From positions 1 through 41,743 of the IMG/VR virus record IMGVR_UViG_3300017647_000007: a DNA stretch of 41,743 bases, one strand, 5' to 3'. This stretch comes from a virus. Taxonomy: Duplodnaviria; Caudoviricetes. Below the pieces are notes generated by a model, which saw nothing but the letters and a program-made list of their open reading frames with translations, did no database searches and was not told the DNA's origin. Below, piece after piece: positions 13,960 through 23,564 of the stretch. Numbering within the stretch: the first letter of the stretch is position 1; each line of letters opens with the position of its first letter. Position numbers and translations under genes: made by a program.

Positions 13960-16735
13960 GCTGCCGCCCGGGTACTGGGTTGATCCAGTCACCGGGGCCT
14001 GGTGCTCGATCCCCTGGCCGACCGATCCGGCCGAGAAGAAACACCTGATCGAGAACTCCCTCGGGCCCCTGGTGATCCGGTGGGCGGAGAACAACCTTAC
14101 CGACGAGGAGTTCGAGCAGTTCGGCCCCGGGCTGATCCACCACCTCACTGGCGAGCCCTGGAAGTTCACCCCGGGCCAGAAACGCTTCCTGATCCTGTAC
14201 TACGCCTACGACGAGAACGGCCGGTACATCTACCGATCGGCCGTGAAGCGTGGCGCGAAAGGCGTCGGCAAGGACCCCGCTGCCGCAGCTCACGGGAACA
14301 TCGAGCTCGCCGGCCCTTCTCACCTGGTGTGGGACGACGAGCTCGGCTGGACCGGTGTCCCGCACCGCATGCCCCTGGTGCAGGTCGCCTCCAACAGCGA
14401 AGCCCAGTCCAAGGACGTCCTCAGAGTCGCCAACGCGATGTGGAGCGACGAGGCTCGCGCCTGGCACGACCTGAACTGTGGCGAGACCCGCACCCTCGTG
14501 AGAGGTGGCCGCGGGCGCTTCGAGGTGCTGACCGCTTCAGAGTCGAGCGCCGAAGGTGACCCCGCTTCGTTCATCATCCTGAATGAGGCGCTGGCATTGG
14601 ACACCCCCGTCCCGACGCCGAATGGGTGGACCACGGTCGGCGACATTGAGGTGGGCGACACCGTCCTCTCTCCCGACGGCCTACCCGTGGCGGTCACCAA
14701 GACCACCGAGGTCTTTCATGATCGCCCCTGTTATCGGGTCACGTTCCGAGACGGCGACAGCATTATTGCCGATGCGGGACATCTATGGGCAGCGAAGCGC
14801 AGCGGATACCCCGAGCCTGCCAACCCTCTTAGGGTTATGACGACCGAGCAGATGCACGCATCGGGTGTGCGCTGGAAGGTGCCCGTCACCGAGCCTGTGA
14901 AGCTGCCGGAGGCAGACCTTCCCATTGACCCGTACGTACTCGGTGCGTGGCTGGGCGACGGATGCAAGAACTCGCTGATGGTTACCACGAGCCTGGCCGA
15001 TTTGCCCTGGTGGCTGGAGGAATTTGAACGCATTGGTGTACCGACTAGGCATCTTCCCAATCGGTCGCGCGAAACCGGAGAACAGTTTACGTTCGCGGGC
15101 GCGGCTCATTCGTGGGATGGTCGCGGTACAGGCATGCGCGCGGCCTTGGTCGAACTCGGAATATACGCCGAGAAGAGCATTCCGGCCGCATACCTTCGGG
15201 GCAGCTTGGATCAGCGACTAGCGCTACTGCAAGGGCTTGTCGATACGGATGGCTGTGTCGACAAGAACGGCCGGGTCATTTTCGTAAACACGAATGAGAA
15301 TCTTGCCAAAGGCGTAGCCGAGCTGGCCCAATCACTGGGGCATATCGTGCACACAAGCGTCGGCGAAGATACCCGCAAGGATTCATATCTCCCCGTCTGG
15401 CGGATCGAATGGCAGGGCGACGCTGATCTCCCTTCGGCTCGAATGCCTCGCAAGCGGGAGCGTCTGACGCCCCTCAAGCGCGGGTATCACTGGAGCTATA
15501 TCACGTCCATCGAGCCCGTCGATTCGGTGCCGGTTAAGTGCATTGGGGTCGACTCCCCGGATCATCTATTCCTCGCCGGCCAGTGGAAGGCCACGCACAA
15601 CACGCACCACATGCTGGCCTCGAATGGTGGCCATCGCGTGGCTGAGGTGGCACGCCGCAACGTCGGCAAGTCCCCGGAGTCGATCCAGGCGCGCCTGGTG
15701 GAGTACACGAACGCTCACAGCATGGGGACTGACTCGATCGCTGAGCAGTCCTTCAACGGCTGGCTCAAGCAGCAGTCGGGCCAGTACGAGAACCTCCTTC
15801 AGGACATCTTGTACGACTCGATCGAGGCTGACCCGTCCCTCGACATCAACGATCCCGAGCAGGTGGCCATTGCCCTCCGCCAGGCCTACAGTGACGCCCC
15901 CTGGGCCGACCTGCAACGCCTCCGGGCGGAAGTTATGGACCCTCGCCTGAGCCAAGCCCAGGCGATCCGCTTCTACTTAAACGGCCTCGCCTTGCGGGAG
16001 GACGCCTGGATGGACCCGCGGTGCTGGGACACGCTCGCCCGGACCCAAGAGGTCGCCGAGGGCGAGAAGATCACGATGTTCCTCGACTGCTCCAAGAGCG
16101 AGGACGCGACTGGCCTCGTCGGCGTCAGACTCTCCGATGGCTACACGTTCGTACTGGGGCTGTGGCAGCCGCCGAAGGGCGAACGCGGCAAGACCTACCT
16201 AGTGCCCCGCCACGAGGTGGACGCGGCCGTACGCGACGCCATGGACCGGTACAAGGTCATGTGGTTCGGGGTGGACCCGTCCCCGGCCCGCGACGACGAG
16301 ACCGAGGCCTTGTATTGGGCCGACCTCATCGACCAATGGCACCGGGACTTCAACAAGAAGTTGCCGATGTGGGCTTGCTCGAAGCACTCGGTCAAGTTCG
16401 ATATGCGCCTCTCTGAACAAGGCGCGGCCGATCGGCTGAAGGCCTTCACCGAAATGGCCGAACAATGCGTCCAGTGGGTGGAAGAAGAATCCGACCAGGA
16501 GAATCCTCCGCTCACTCACGACGGCAATCCCGCATTACGCCTTCACGTCCATGCCGCCCGCGCTCGGGCCAACAAGTGGGGCGTCTCCCTGGGCAAAGAA
16601 TCTCGTGACAGTAAAAAGCTTGTCGATCTCGCCGTGTGCATGGTCGGCGCACAACTAGGCCGCAGGCTAGTGCTGAATAACCCCAAGCTTCGCACTAAGC
16701 CCACCGGGCCAAGGAAAGTAGTGGTGACCTGGTGA
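13931..16735 (+). CDS. terL: Terminase large subunit with intein
   Basis: Walker A GAKGVGKD, Walker B FIILNE/THH, nuclease FLDCSKSEDATG and VDLAVCM. Confidence 0.95.
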   Translation: MSETTSTISELPPGYWVDPVTGAWCSIPWPTDPAEKKHLIENSLGPLVIRWAENNLTDEEFEQFGPGLIHHLTGEPWKFTPGQKRFLILYYAYDENGRYIYRSAVKRGAKGVGKDPAAAAHGNIELAGPSHLVWDDELGWTGVPHRMPLVQVASNSEAQSKDVLRVANAMWSDEARAWHDLNCGETRTLVRGGRGRFEVLTASESSAEGDPASFIILNEALALDTPVPTPNGWTTVGDIEVGDTVLSPDGLPVAVTKTTEVFHDRPCYRVTFRDGDSIIADAGHLWAAKRSGYPEPANPLRVMTTEQMHASGVRWKVPVTEPVKLPEADLPIDPYVLGAWLGDGCKNSLMVTTSLADLPWWLEEFERIGVPTRHLPNRSRETGEQFTFAGAAHSWDGRGTGMRAALVELGIYAEKSIPAAYLRGSLDQRLALLQGLVDTDGCVDKNGRVIFVNTNENLAKGVAELAQSLGHIVHTSVGEDTRKDSYLPVWRIEWQGDADLPSARMPRKRERLTPLKRGYHWSYITSIEPVDSVPVKCIGVDSPDHLFLAGQWKATHNTHHMLASNGGHRVAEVARRNVGKSPESIQARLVEYTNAHSMGTDSIAEQSFNGWLKQQSGQYENLLQDILYDSIEADPSLDINDPEQVAIALRQAYSDAPWADLQRLRAEVMDPRLSQAQAIRFYLNGLALREDAWMDPRCWDTLARTQEVAEGEKITMFLDCSKSEDATGLVGVRLSDGYTFVLGLWQPPKGERGKTYLVPRHEVDAAVRDAMDRYKVMWFGVDPSPARDDETEALYWADLIDQWHRDFNKKLPMWACSKHSVKFDMRLSEQGAADRLKAFTEMAEQCVQWVEEESDQENPPLTHDGNPALRLHVHAARARANKWGVSLGKESRDSKKLVDLAVCMVGAQLGRRLVLNNPKLRTKPTGPRKVVVTW
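14588..15601 (+). mobile_element. Intein (338 aa), class-3 signature, with LAGLIDADG homing endonuclease
   Basis: Starts ALALDTPVPTPNGW, ends KATHN followed by Thr; block B HLW, block F VKCIGV; LGAWLGDG and LQGLVDTDG. Confidence 0.93.
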
Positions 16736-18237
16736 GTCAATTGATGGCTTTCGGCGCGCTCGGTGCCATTTCCGGCTTGACCGAGGATGAAACCGCAATT
16801 CTCAGTGAATTGTGGAAGACGTGGTTGACGAAGCTGCGGAGAAACACCCTCCGCGCGACGTACTACGATCACAAAAACATCCTCAAGGATCTCGGCATCG
16901 CCATTCCTCCCCACCTCACGAATATCGAGGCAGCGCTGGGGTGGCCCGCCAAGGCGGTAGATGTGCTGACGCGTCGCTGCAAGTTGGAGCGGTTCACGAC
17001 CACGGCCGAGGGTGACCCGCTGGGCATCGAGCCCATGCTTCAGGACAACGACTGGGCCATGGTTTTGCCGCAGGTGCTCACCTCGACCTTCGTTCACTCC
17101 TGCTCGTTCCTCATGGCGACGCAGGGTGATACGTCGGCCGGTGAGCCGGAGGTCCTGATCTCCACCCAGAGCGCGATGTACGCCTCCGGGCTGTGGGACT
17201 ACCGCCTGCGCCGCCTCAAGGCCGTGTTCTCGGTGACCAACATGGACCCGATGGGCCGCGTCACCGAGTGGCTGATGTTCCTGCCCCGGATGACCATCCG
17301 CGGCGTCTGGGACCGCCACTGGGCGATCCATCGCTACCCGCACACCCTTGACCGTCTGCCGGTGGAGGTGCTGCCGTACGCGCCGCGCCTGGACCGCCCC
17401 TTCGGCAAGTCCCGCATCACCCGCTCGGTGATGAGCCTGACCGACAGCGCGCTCCGCACTCTGGTGCGCATGGAGGTCGGCGCGGAGTTCTTCTCCTCGC
17501 CGCAGAGATGGATTATGGGCGCGGACGAGAGCATGTTCCAGGACGCCGACGGTAAAAAGGTGTCGCAGTGGACGGCCCTTATCGGACGCATCTGGGCGGC
17601 TCCGGTCGATTCGGAGAACCCGGACGCTCCTCTGCCGCAGGTCGGGCAGTTCAACGCCGCCTCGCCGACGCCGCACACCGAGCAGCTGCGCACGCTGGCC
17701 GCGATGTTCGCCTCGGAGACGTCTCTTCCGCTGTCGGAGTTGGGCATCGTCCACGAGAACCCGTCTTCGGCCGAGGCGATCGAGGCTGCCGAGCGCTCCC
17801 TCATCATCGAGGCCAAGCACACGATGGACACCAGCTTCACACCGCGCCTGGTCCGATTCATGCAGACTTGCCTACAGATCCGCGACGGCTGGGACGAGAT
17901 GCCCGACGAGGTACGCAATCTCGGGGCCCGCTGGTCCAAGCCGGAGAACCCGCCCGCCTCGGTCGCAACCGACTCGATGGTGAAGCTTCTGGCCGCGGTC
18001 CCGCGGCTGGCCGACTCGGATATTCCTTTCGAGATGCTCGATTGGGACGACGCGACGATCAAGCGTGCCCGTGCCGACATGCGCCGTGCGGACACCCGTT
18101 CCATCATTCAACGCCTAACCAACGGAGCCGCCAATGGCGATATCGCCAACGGAGCGGCAGTTCCTACTCCGCCAGGTGCAACTGGAAGCGAGCAGGGACC
18201 TGCAAACGCTATGGAATCAGGCGGCGAGGCTCTCTGA
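16732..18237 (+). CDS. Portal protein
   Basis: After TerL; YYD..GIAIPP..LGWPAKAVD, RPFGKSRI, EFFSSPQR, NPSSAEAI. Confidence 0.93.
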   Translation: MSQLMAFGALGAISGLTEDETAILSELWKTWLTKLRRNTLRATYYDHKNILKDLGIAIPPHLTNIEAALGWPAKAVDVLTRRCKLERFTTTAEGDPLGIEPMLQDNDWAMVLPQVLTSTFVHSCSFLMATQGDTSAGEPEVLISTQSAMYASGLWDYRLRRLKAVFSVTNMDPMGRVTEWLMFLPRMTIRGVWDRHWAIHRYPHTLDRLPVEVLPYAPRLDRPFGKSRITRSVMSLTDSALRTLVRMEVGAEFFSSPQRWIMGADESMFQDADGKKVSQWTALIGRIWAAPVDSENPDAPLPQVGQFNAASPTPHTEQLRTLAAMFASETSLPLSELGIVHENPSSAEAIEAAERSLIIEAKHTMDTSFTPRLVRFMQTCLQIRDGWDEMPDEVRNLGARWSKPENPPASVATDSMVKLLAAVPRLADSDIPFEMLDWDDATIKRARADMRRADTRSIIQRLTNGAANGDIANGAAVPTPPGATGSEQGPANAMESGGEAL

Positions 18238-18847
18238 CGTAGAGTTCGCCGCCTTCATCGCAGAGGCATTCCCCGAACTGCTGGACCCGTTCATCGCGCT
18301 GTCAGCTGATCTGGCCGCCACATGGTTTGAGCAGTCTGAGCCGGCGTCCCGGTACATCGCCGTAACGGCCCCTCCGCCGCCCACAGAACGCTTCCACGAG
18401 TCCGCTTTGTGGGCGCTAAGGGGATTGGGTACCGAGGGTCTCGACAGGCTCCAGGGAGTCGCTCAGAGGGCCATTTTCGACGGGGCCCGGGACACCACGC
18501 TCATCAACGTGGAGCGGACCAACTCCCGCTGGGCCCGTTACGCATCGGCGAATGCCTGTGCCTTCTGCCAACTGCTGTCCACCCGCACCAAGAACCTCTA
18601 CTCCAGCGAGGAGGCTGCCACCCGCGTGGTCGGCCGCCGAGGATCTCGCAAAGTGGGGGACAAGTACCACGACCACTGCCACTGTGTAGCGGTCGAGGTG
18701 CGGGAAGGTCAGACCTACGAACTCCCTCCTCACGCCGAACAGTTTGAGGAGACCTACAAGTCAGCCCTGGACGCCATTCCTGATGGCACCGAGGACTACG
18801 CGCAAGCTCTGCTGTCGCAATGGCGGCAGATCAGTGGCGCTCGCTAA
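18134..18847 (+). CDS. Capsid maturation / MuF-like minor head protein
   Basis: WARYASANACAFCQLLSTR..YHDHCHCVAV. Confidence 0.85.
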   Translation: MAISPTERQFLLRQVQLEASRDLQTLWNQAARLSDVEFAAFIAEAFPELLDPFIALSADLAATWFEQSEPASRYIAVTAPPPPTERFHESALWALRGLGTEGLDRLQGVAQRAIFDGARDTTLINVERTNSRWARYASANACAFCQLLSTRTKNLYSSEEAATRVVGRRGSRKVGDKYHDHCHCVAVEVREGQTYELPPHAEQFEETYKSALDAIPDGTEDYAQALLSQWRQISGAR

Positions 18848-18936
18848 GCGCCTTACATACCTGACCGCATCCGTGGTCGCCCACTGTGCCGGAACGGCCC
18901 AGTCCATTCACCCAACCCGAAACGGGAGCAACAACA

Positions 18937-19524
18937 TTGCCTGAAGAGCAGACGGAAGCTGTAGAAGCCGAAACGGCCGAGCAGACCACCGAAGCGACTG
19001 AAACCACCGAGGTCACCGAAACCGCCGAAACGGAGGAGACGGAAGACGCCGAGGTGAAGCCGACCGAGACTGTCGAGTTTTGGAAGGCGCAGGCGCGGAA
19101 GCAAGAAGAGCGCGCAAAGGCCAACGCAGCGGCAGCCAAAGAGCTAGCCGAACTGAAGGCCGCGCAAGCCTCTAAAGAGGAGCAGGACACCGAGGAGAGG
19201 GCCACCTTCGAGCGTGAGCGCGACGAAGCCAAGGCCGAAGCCCTGAAGTGGCGCGTCGCCGCCAAGCATGGCATCTCCGAGGAAGACGCCGAATTGTTCC
19301 TCACCGGTACTGATGAAGACGCCCTGACCAAGCAGGCCCAGCGATTCAACGTCCTGGTGCCGAAGACGCCTGGCAAGGGAAATGTCGTTCCCGGAGCGGG
19401 AAATCAGCCGGATAAGCCTCCGTCACTCCAGGAACAGATCCGCCTCGCTGAGCAGTCCGGGGACAAGGCTCTCGCCGCATCTCTCAAGGCGCAGCAGCTC
19501 TTCGAGATCGCCCAGCAGCAGTAA
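18937..19524 (+). CDS. Scaffolding protein
   Basis: Acidic N-terminus, WKAQARKQE.RAKAN coiled coil; GGGAG RBS before TTG at 18937. Confidence 0.88.
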   Translation: MPEEQTEAVEAETAEQTTEATETTEVTETAETEETEDAEVKPTETVEFWKAQARKQEERAKANAAAAKELAELKAAQASKEEQDTEERATFERERDEAKAEALKWRVAAKHGISEEDAELFLTGTDEDALTKQAQRFNVLVPKTPGKGNVVPGAGNQPDKPPSLQEQIRLAEQSGDKALAASLKAQQLFEIAQQQ

Positions 19525-19562
19525 TTCAACCCGCGCATTAAGCGCGCCCGAAAGGACTAAAC

Positions 19563-20516
19563 ATGGCCGGTATCACCGGACAGGGCAACACCTACAACCT
19601 GCCCAACTACGTCGGAGAACTGTTCTCCGCGTCTCCCGAGGACACCCCGTTCCTCTCCGCCATCGGTGGCCTGACTGGCGGCGAATCCGCCAACAGCACC
19701 GTGTTCACGTGGCAGTCGTACGACCTGCGTGACGCCGAGGACGATCGTCAGGCGCTTGAGGGTGCCGCCGCCCCGGACGCCGAGGCGCGTGTCCGCGTCA
19801 ACGGCTCGAACGTCGTTGAGATCCACCACGAGGCCGTTGAGGTCAGCTACACCAAGCGTGCCGCGACCGGCCTGTACGCCGCGACTGGCACCGGCGTGAA
19901 CCCGGTGCAGGACGAGCTGGGCTGGCAGCTGACCCAGGCGTTCAAGCAGATCGCCCGCGACGTCGAGAAGTCGTTCATCACCGGCACCTACAACCTGCCT
20001 GCGAACAACAGCACCGCTCGCCGCACCCGCGGCCTGCTGGAAGCCATTTCGACCAACGTGGTGGATCTGGACAGCGAGGCCCTGTCGGCCGACGACGTGC
20101 TCGACCTGATGCAGACCGTGTGGGAAGCCGGTGGCATCCAGGAAGGCGAGACCCGCACCCTGATCTGCGGCGCGTCGGTCAAGCGCCAGCTGAGCAAGCT
20201 GTTCATCACGGACAAGAACTACCGTGAGGAAGCCCGCAACCTCGGTGGCGTCGCCGTCGAGACCATCATGACCGACTTCGGTCGCGTCAACGTGATGCTC
20301 GATCGTTACGTCCCGGCCACCGACCTGGTCGTCGTGTCGCTCGAGGAATGCGCTCCCGTGTTCCTGGCGCACCCGGAGAAGGGCCACTTCTTCGCCGAGC
20401 CGCTCGCCAAGACCGGCGCTGCGGACCGCGTCCAGATCTACGGCGAGATCGGCCTGAAGTACGGCAACGAGCGCAAGCACGGCCGCATCAAGGAAATCGG
20501 CGTCGCCGGTAGCTAA
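19563..20516 (+). CDS. Major capsid protein
   Basis: TYNLPNYVGELF..DTPFLSAIGG..RTRGLL..IYGEIGLKYGNE; strong codon bias, AAGGA RBS. Confidence 0.93.
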   Translation: MAGITGQGNTYNLPNYVGELFSASPEDTPFLSAIGGLTGGESANSTVFTWQSYDLRDAEDDRQALEGAAAPDAEARVRVNGSNVVEIHHEAVEVSYTKRAATGLYAATGTGVNPVQDELGWQLTQAFKQIARDVEKSFITGTYNLPANNSTARRTRGLLEAISTNVVDLDSEALSADDVLDLMQTVWEAGGIQEGETRTLICGASVKRQLSKLFITDKNYREEARNLGGVAVETIMTDFGRVNVMLDRYVPATDLVVVSLEECAPVFLAHPEKGHFFAEPLAKTGAADRVQIYGEIGLKYGNERKHGRIKEIGVAGS

Positions 20517-20531
20517 CACTAGGAGCCATTC

Positions 20532-20900
20532 GTGACCGTCACTCTCACTGTCGATGACCTGACGCCTTTCGCGCCAGACATCGACGAATCCAAGGCCGAA
20601 CTCATGATTGAGGACGCTATGGCCTTGGCGGCACGAGTGGCACCCTGCATCAACGACGAGGACTTCGCGTACCCGGGAGCTGCGAAAGCTGTTCTCCGGG
20701 GCGCGATCCTGCGTTGGAATGAGCAGGGCACTGGTGCCGGCCCCGCGCTGGTCGCGGGCATTTTCCAGCAGACCCCCAACTCTCAGCCGAGGCGGAACCT
20801 GTTCTACCCGTCTGAGATTGCGGAGTTGCAGTCGATGTGCGGCGGTGGTCGCGGTAAGGCTTTCGCGATCGACACATTTCCTCCGGTGGAGGATGAATGA
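20532..20900 (+). CDS. Head-to-tail adaptor
   Basis: Position; IEDAMALAARVAPCI, AKAVLRGAILRW. Confidence 0.82.
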   Translation: MTVTLTVDDLTPFAPDIDESKAELMIEDAMALAARVAPCINDEDFAYPGAAKAVLRGAILRWNEQGTGAGPALVAGIFQQTPNSQPRRNLFYPSEIAELQSMCGGGRGKAFAIDTFPPVEDE

Positions 20901-21235
20901 CCTTTCCGACCCCTTTCACGGTCGGGCATGCGAAGTTCACTGGTACAGGCATAGACAACCTCGGCAATGACGTCGAGACCTGGGCCTCGCCAGTGGACGT
21001 GGCGGTGATCGGCTGGCATGCGAGCTTCCTCGAAACGCTGGCCGGTCACACCTCACAGGTGGAGTCGGACATCGACCTGATGATCCCGCCCACCTTGACG
21101 GTGTCCGTCCAGGACCGATTCTCCCTGCCCGGCTACAACCACCTGTTCGAGGTGGTGGCCATCGAGGACTACAACCACGGCTTCCACCAATGGAAACCGG
21201 GCTCGGTGGTCAAGCTGAAGAAGGTGACTGGCTAA
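20897..21235 (+). CDS. Head-to-tail stopper
   Basis: D.LGN...W..P motif, DRF.LPG..FEV, LKKVTG end. Confidence 0.82.
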   Translation: MTFPTPFTVGHAKFTGTGIDNLGNDVETWASPVDVAVIGWHASFLETLAGHTSQVESDIDLMIPPTLTVSVQDRFSLPGYNHLFEVVAIEDYNHGFHQWKPGSVVKLKKVTG

Positions 21236-21510
21236 TGGCGAAATCCAAGATCACGTTCAACAAGGCGGCTTGGAACGCCCTCGCCAAGGAGGTTGTCGAG
21301 ACCGAAGGCGTCAGGCGCATGAAACGTGTTGCCGACGCCTGCAACGGCAACGTCGAGGAAGACGGGTACAAGGTGAGCGTCGAGGGCGACGAACCGCTGA
21401 ACAAGCGGGACTATCGCGCCACGGTCATCACGTCCGACTACGAGTCGATGCGGGACAACGCTGAGCACAACCGTCTGGTCTCCGAATTCCACCAGGCCGG
21501 AGGCGACTGA
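21235..21510 (+). CDS. Neck / tail completion protein
   Basis: TAATG coupling; MAKSKITFN..YRATVIT..DNAEHNRL. Confidence 0.75.
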   Translation: MAKSKITFNKAAWNALAKEVVETEGVRRMKRVADACNGNVEEDGYKVSVEGDEPLNKRDYRATVITSDYESMRDNAEHNRLVSEFHQAGGD

Positions 21511-21884
21511 TGCCCATTCCCTACGCCCCCAAGGTCGTTAGGGAGTACCTCGCGTCGGTTCTGCCTGCGGATGTGCGGGTCGCCACCAAGGTGCCCGCCA
21601 ATCGTCCCGCGAAGCTGGTGACCATCACCACCGTCCCGACAGGCGACTCCAACAACCTTGTCCTCTCGCCGCGCCGCCTGATTATCCAGGTGTGGCACGC
21701 CGACGAGGAGACCGCTGGCGAGCTGGCCGAAACGGTCTGCGCCCACATGCGAAACGCACGATTCATCCCCGGCAATGGAATACGCAACGTAACCATCGTC
21801 GGCACACCAGGTCGGTTTGACGCCCCTAACGACCCCACGCCTCGTTTCCAAATGACCGTGGACGTCCTTCTGCGCTCTGCCTAA
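21510..21884 (+). CDS. Tail terminator
   Basis: VATKVPANRP, LIIQVW, PRFQMTV; precedes the major tail gene. Confidence 0.82.
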   Translation: MPIPYAPKVVREYLASVLPADVRVATKVPANRPAKLVTITTVPTGDSNNLVLSPRRLIIQVWHADEETAGELAETVCAHMRNARFIPGNGIRNVTIVGTPGRFDAPNDPTPRFQMTVDVLLRSA

Positions 21885-21942
21885 AGACCTCCCAAACCCT
21901 TTCAGGCCCTGGCTGCAACTTGTGCCCGGAAAGGGGCCCTAA

Positions 21943-22527
21943 ATGGCGTCTGACGTCAGCAATGTTTACGCGGCCGAACCGCTCGCGACCGGCTCTGCCC
22001 TGGTTGCGCCGCTCGGCACCACCCTGCCCACCTCTGCCACCGATGCCCTGGACGAAGACTTCGTCGATCTCGGCTACGTCGGCGAGGACGGCTTCACCGA
22101 GACCATGGAGCGCACGACCGAAGAGAAGAAGTCCTTCGGTGGCGACACGGTCAAGGTTCTCCAGACCGAATACAACCACAGCTTCAGCTTCGTTCTGCTT
22201 GAGTCCACGAATGCTGATGTGCTGAAGGCCGTTTACGGCGCTTCGAACGTCGAGGTCGCCCCGGCCAACGGCGTGCACGGCACGCAGATCTCGATCAAGA
22301 AGAACAGCAAGAAGCTGCCGCACATGTCGTGGGTGATCGACACCCAGGACTCGGAGCTGGGCGCTCGCTACCGCACCGTGATCCCCGATGGGCAGATCAC
22401 CGAGGTTGGCGACGTCACCATCGTTCACTCGGACACCATCTCGTACGAGGTGACGGTCAAGTGCTTCAAGAACGACGCCGGTGACTACGTCTACACCTAC
22501 ACCGATGACGGCGTTCTCGGCTCCTAA
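21943..22527 (+). CDS. Major tail protein
   Basis: APLGTTLPT..LGYVGEDG..FGGDTV..VIPDGQITE. Confidence 0.93.
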   Translation: MASDVSNVYAAEPLATGSALVAPLGTTLPTSATDALDEDFVDLGYVGEDGFTETMERTTEEKKSFGGDTVKVLQTEYNHSFSFVLLESTNADVLKAVYGASNVEVAPANGVHGTQISIKKNSKKLPHMSWVIDTQDSELGARYRTVIPDGQITEVGDVTIVHSDTISYEVTVKCFKNDAGDYVYTYTDDGVLGS

Positions 22528-22534
22528 GTAAGCC

Positions 22535-22596
22535 CCGGCGGGGGATGTTCTCTACACGCAGCCAGGGCCGCATCCCCCGCCGGCCACACTGGCTGC
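22535..22596 (+). promoter_or_regulatory. Intergenic hairpin / H-type pseudoknot candidate
   Basis: 13-bp stem 22535-22547/22571-22583; loop GCAGCCAG complementary to CTGGCTGC at 22589-22596. Confidence 0.65.
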
Positions 22597-22616
22597 CCCC
22601 AAATCTGAAGGGTCGC

Positions 22617-23258
22617 ATGTTCGTTTACAGATTCGAACACGACGGCACCCAGCACTCTGTTGAGCTAAAGCCGTTCGACCAGATCCCCATGGAAGCGCTC
22701 GTCAACGATCAGCTGGCGATGCTGGAGTGGGCCATGACGCCGGAGGGCATCGCCCTCATGGACGTCCTCCCCACCCGTGTGGTGAAGGGACTCATCAAAG
22801 AGTGGCAGAAGGAAATCGGCCTCAGCGAGGTCCTCGGTCTCGTGGACCTGATCTCGAATCACAAGGATGCCCTCGCGGCCGACCTGATTAACGCGGGAAT
22901 GCGTCTGCGGGACTTCCCGTCCGAACGGCACACCTGGTACGACCTGAAGGTCTTTGTGAGGCACCTGGACCGCGATTCCGCGCTGTTCCGGGAGATGTAC
23001 CCCGACAAGGCTGACTGGACGATGACCAACCGCCTTCTGGCCATGGTCGTCAACTGTCTGCGGTTGATGATGTGGTTCAAGACGAAGGACGGCCAGAAGG
23101 GGCGGAAGCGCCCGCCCATGATCGGCCCCGACTGGGCCGAGAAGAACACGAAGCGTCCCGGCTCCGACTGCAAACCGACGCCGATCTCACAGATCAAGAA
23201 GCCCGAGATCGCGAAGCCGGAGGGGCGCATGAGAAAGCTCAGAAATCTCTTCAAGTAA
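22617..23258 (+). CDS. Tail assembly chaperone, in-frame G-T-like fusion
   Basis: G-like N-half ending IKEWQ; T-like C-half ALAADLI.AG.RLRD..TW.DL..WT..LLA..W.KTKDGQKGR.RP. Confidence 0.78.
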   Translation: MFVYRFEHDGTQHSVELKPFDQIPMEALVNDQLAMLEWAMTPEGIALMDVLPTRVVKGLIKEWQKEIGLSEVLGLVDLISNHKDALAADLINAGMRLRDFPSERHTWYDLKVFVRHLDRDSALFREMYPDKADWTMTNRLLAMVVNCLRLMMWFKTKDGQKGRKRPPMIGPDWAEKNTKRPGSDCKPTPISQIKKPEIAKPEGRMRKLRNLFK

Positions 23259-23267
23259 AGGCTGCAA

Positions 23268-23528
23268 ATGAGTTTCAAGTACACCGTCCAGATCCCGAAT
23301 GAAGACGGCGAAGGCGTCGAGGACGTCGAACTGGTTTTCAAAGACATTAAGGATCTGCCGGTCGGCATCATCCGCCGCCACCGCCGCGACGTCGAGGCCC
23401 AGATGTGGGCCACCTTCGAGTGGGGCCTCTCGCCCGAACACCTGGAGCTGTTCGACCGCATGCCCGCGAGCGGTTTCCGCGACGTTCTGAAGGCCTGGCA
23501 AGAGTCGGAAGACGCCGAAGACGAATAA
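23268..23528 (+). CDS. Tail assembly chaperone, G-like
   Basis: LPVGIIRRHR..FEWGL..FDRMP..LKAWQ; precedes the tape measure gene. Confidence 0.72.
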   Translation: MSFKYTVQIPNEDGEGVEDVELVFKDIKDLPVGIIRRHRRDVEAQMWATFEWGLSPEHLELFDRMPASGFRDVLKAWQESEDAEDE

Positions 23529-23564
23529 CCCAACACCTGGCCTTAGCCGGGGAGGAGTCCAGTA

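Noticed and set aside
14570-14587. Walker B reads NE rather than DE, suggesting an inactive terminase
   Set aside because: NE(T)HH is, to my knowledge, a normal variant in actinophage TerL, and the other motifs are intact
22545-22616. Longer N-terminus for the chaperone ORF
   Set aside because: This stretch is the hairpin/pseudoknot; a GAAGGG RBS precedes the ATG at 22617
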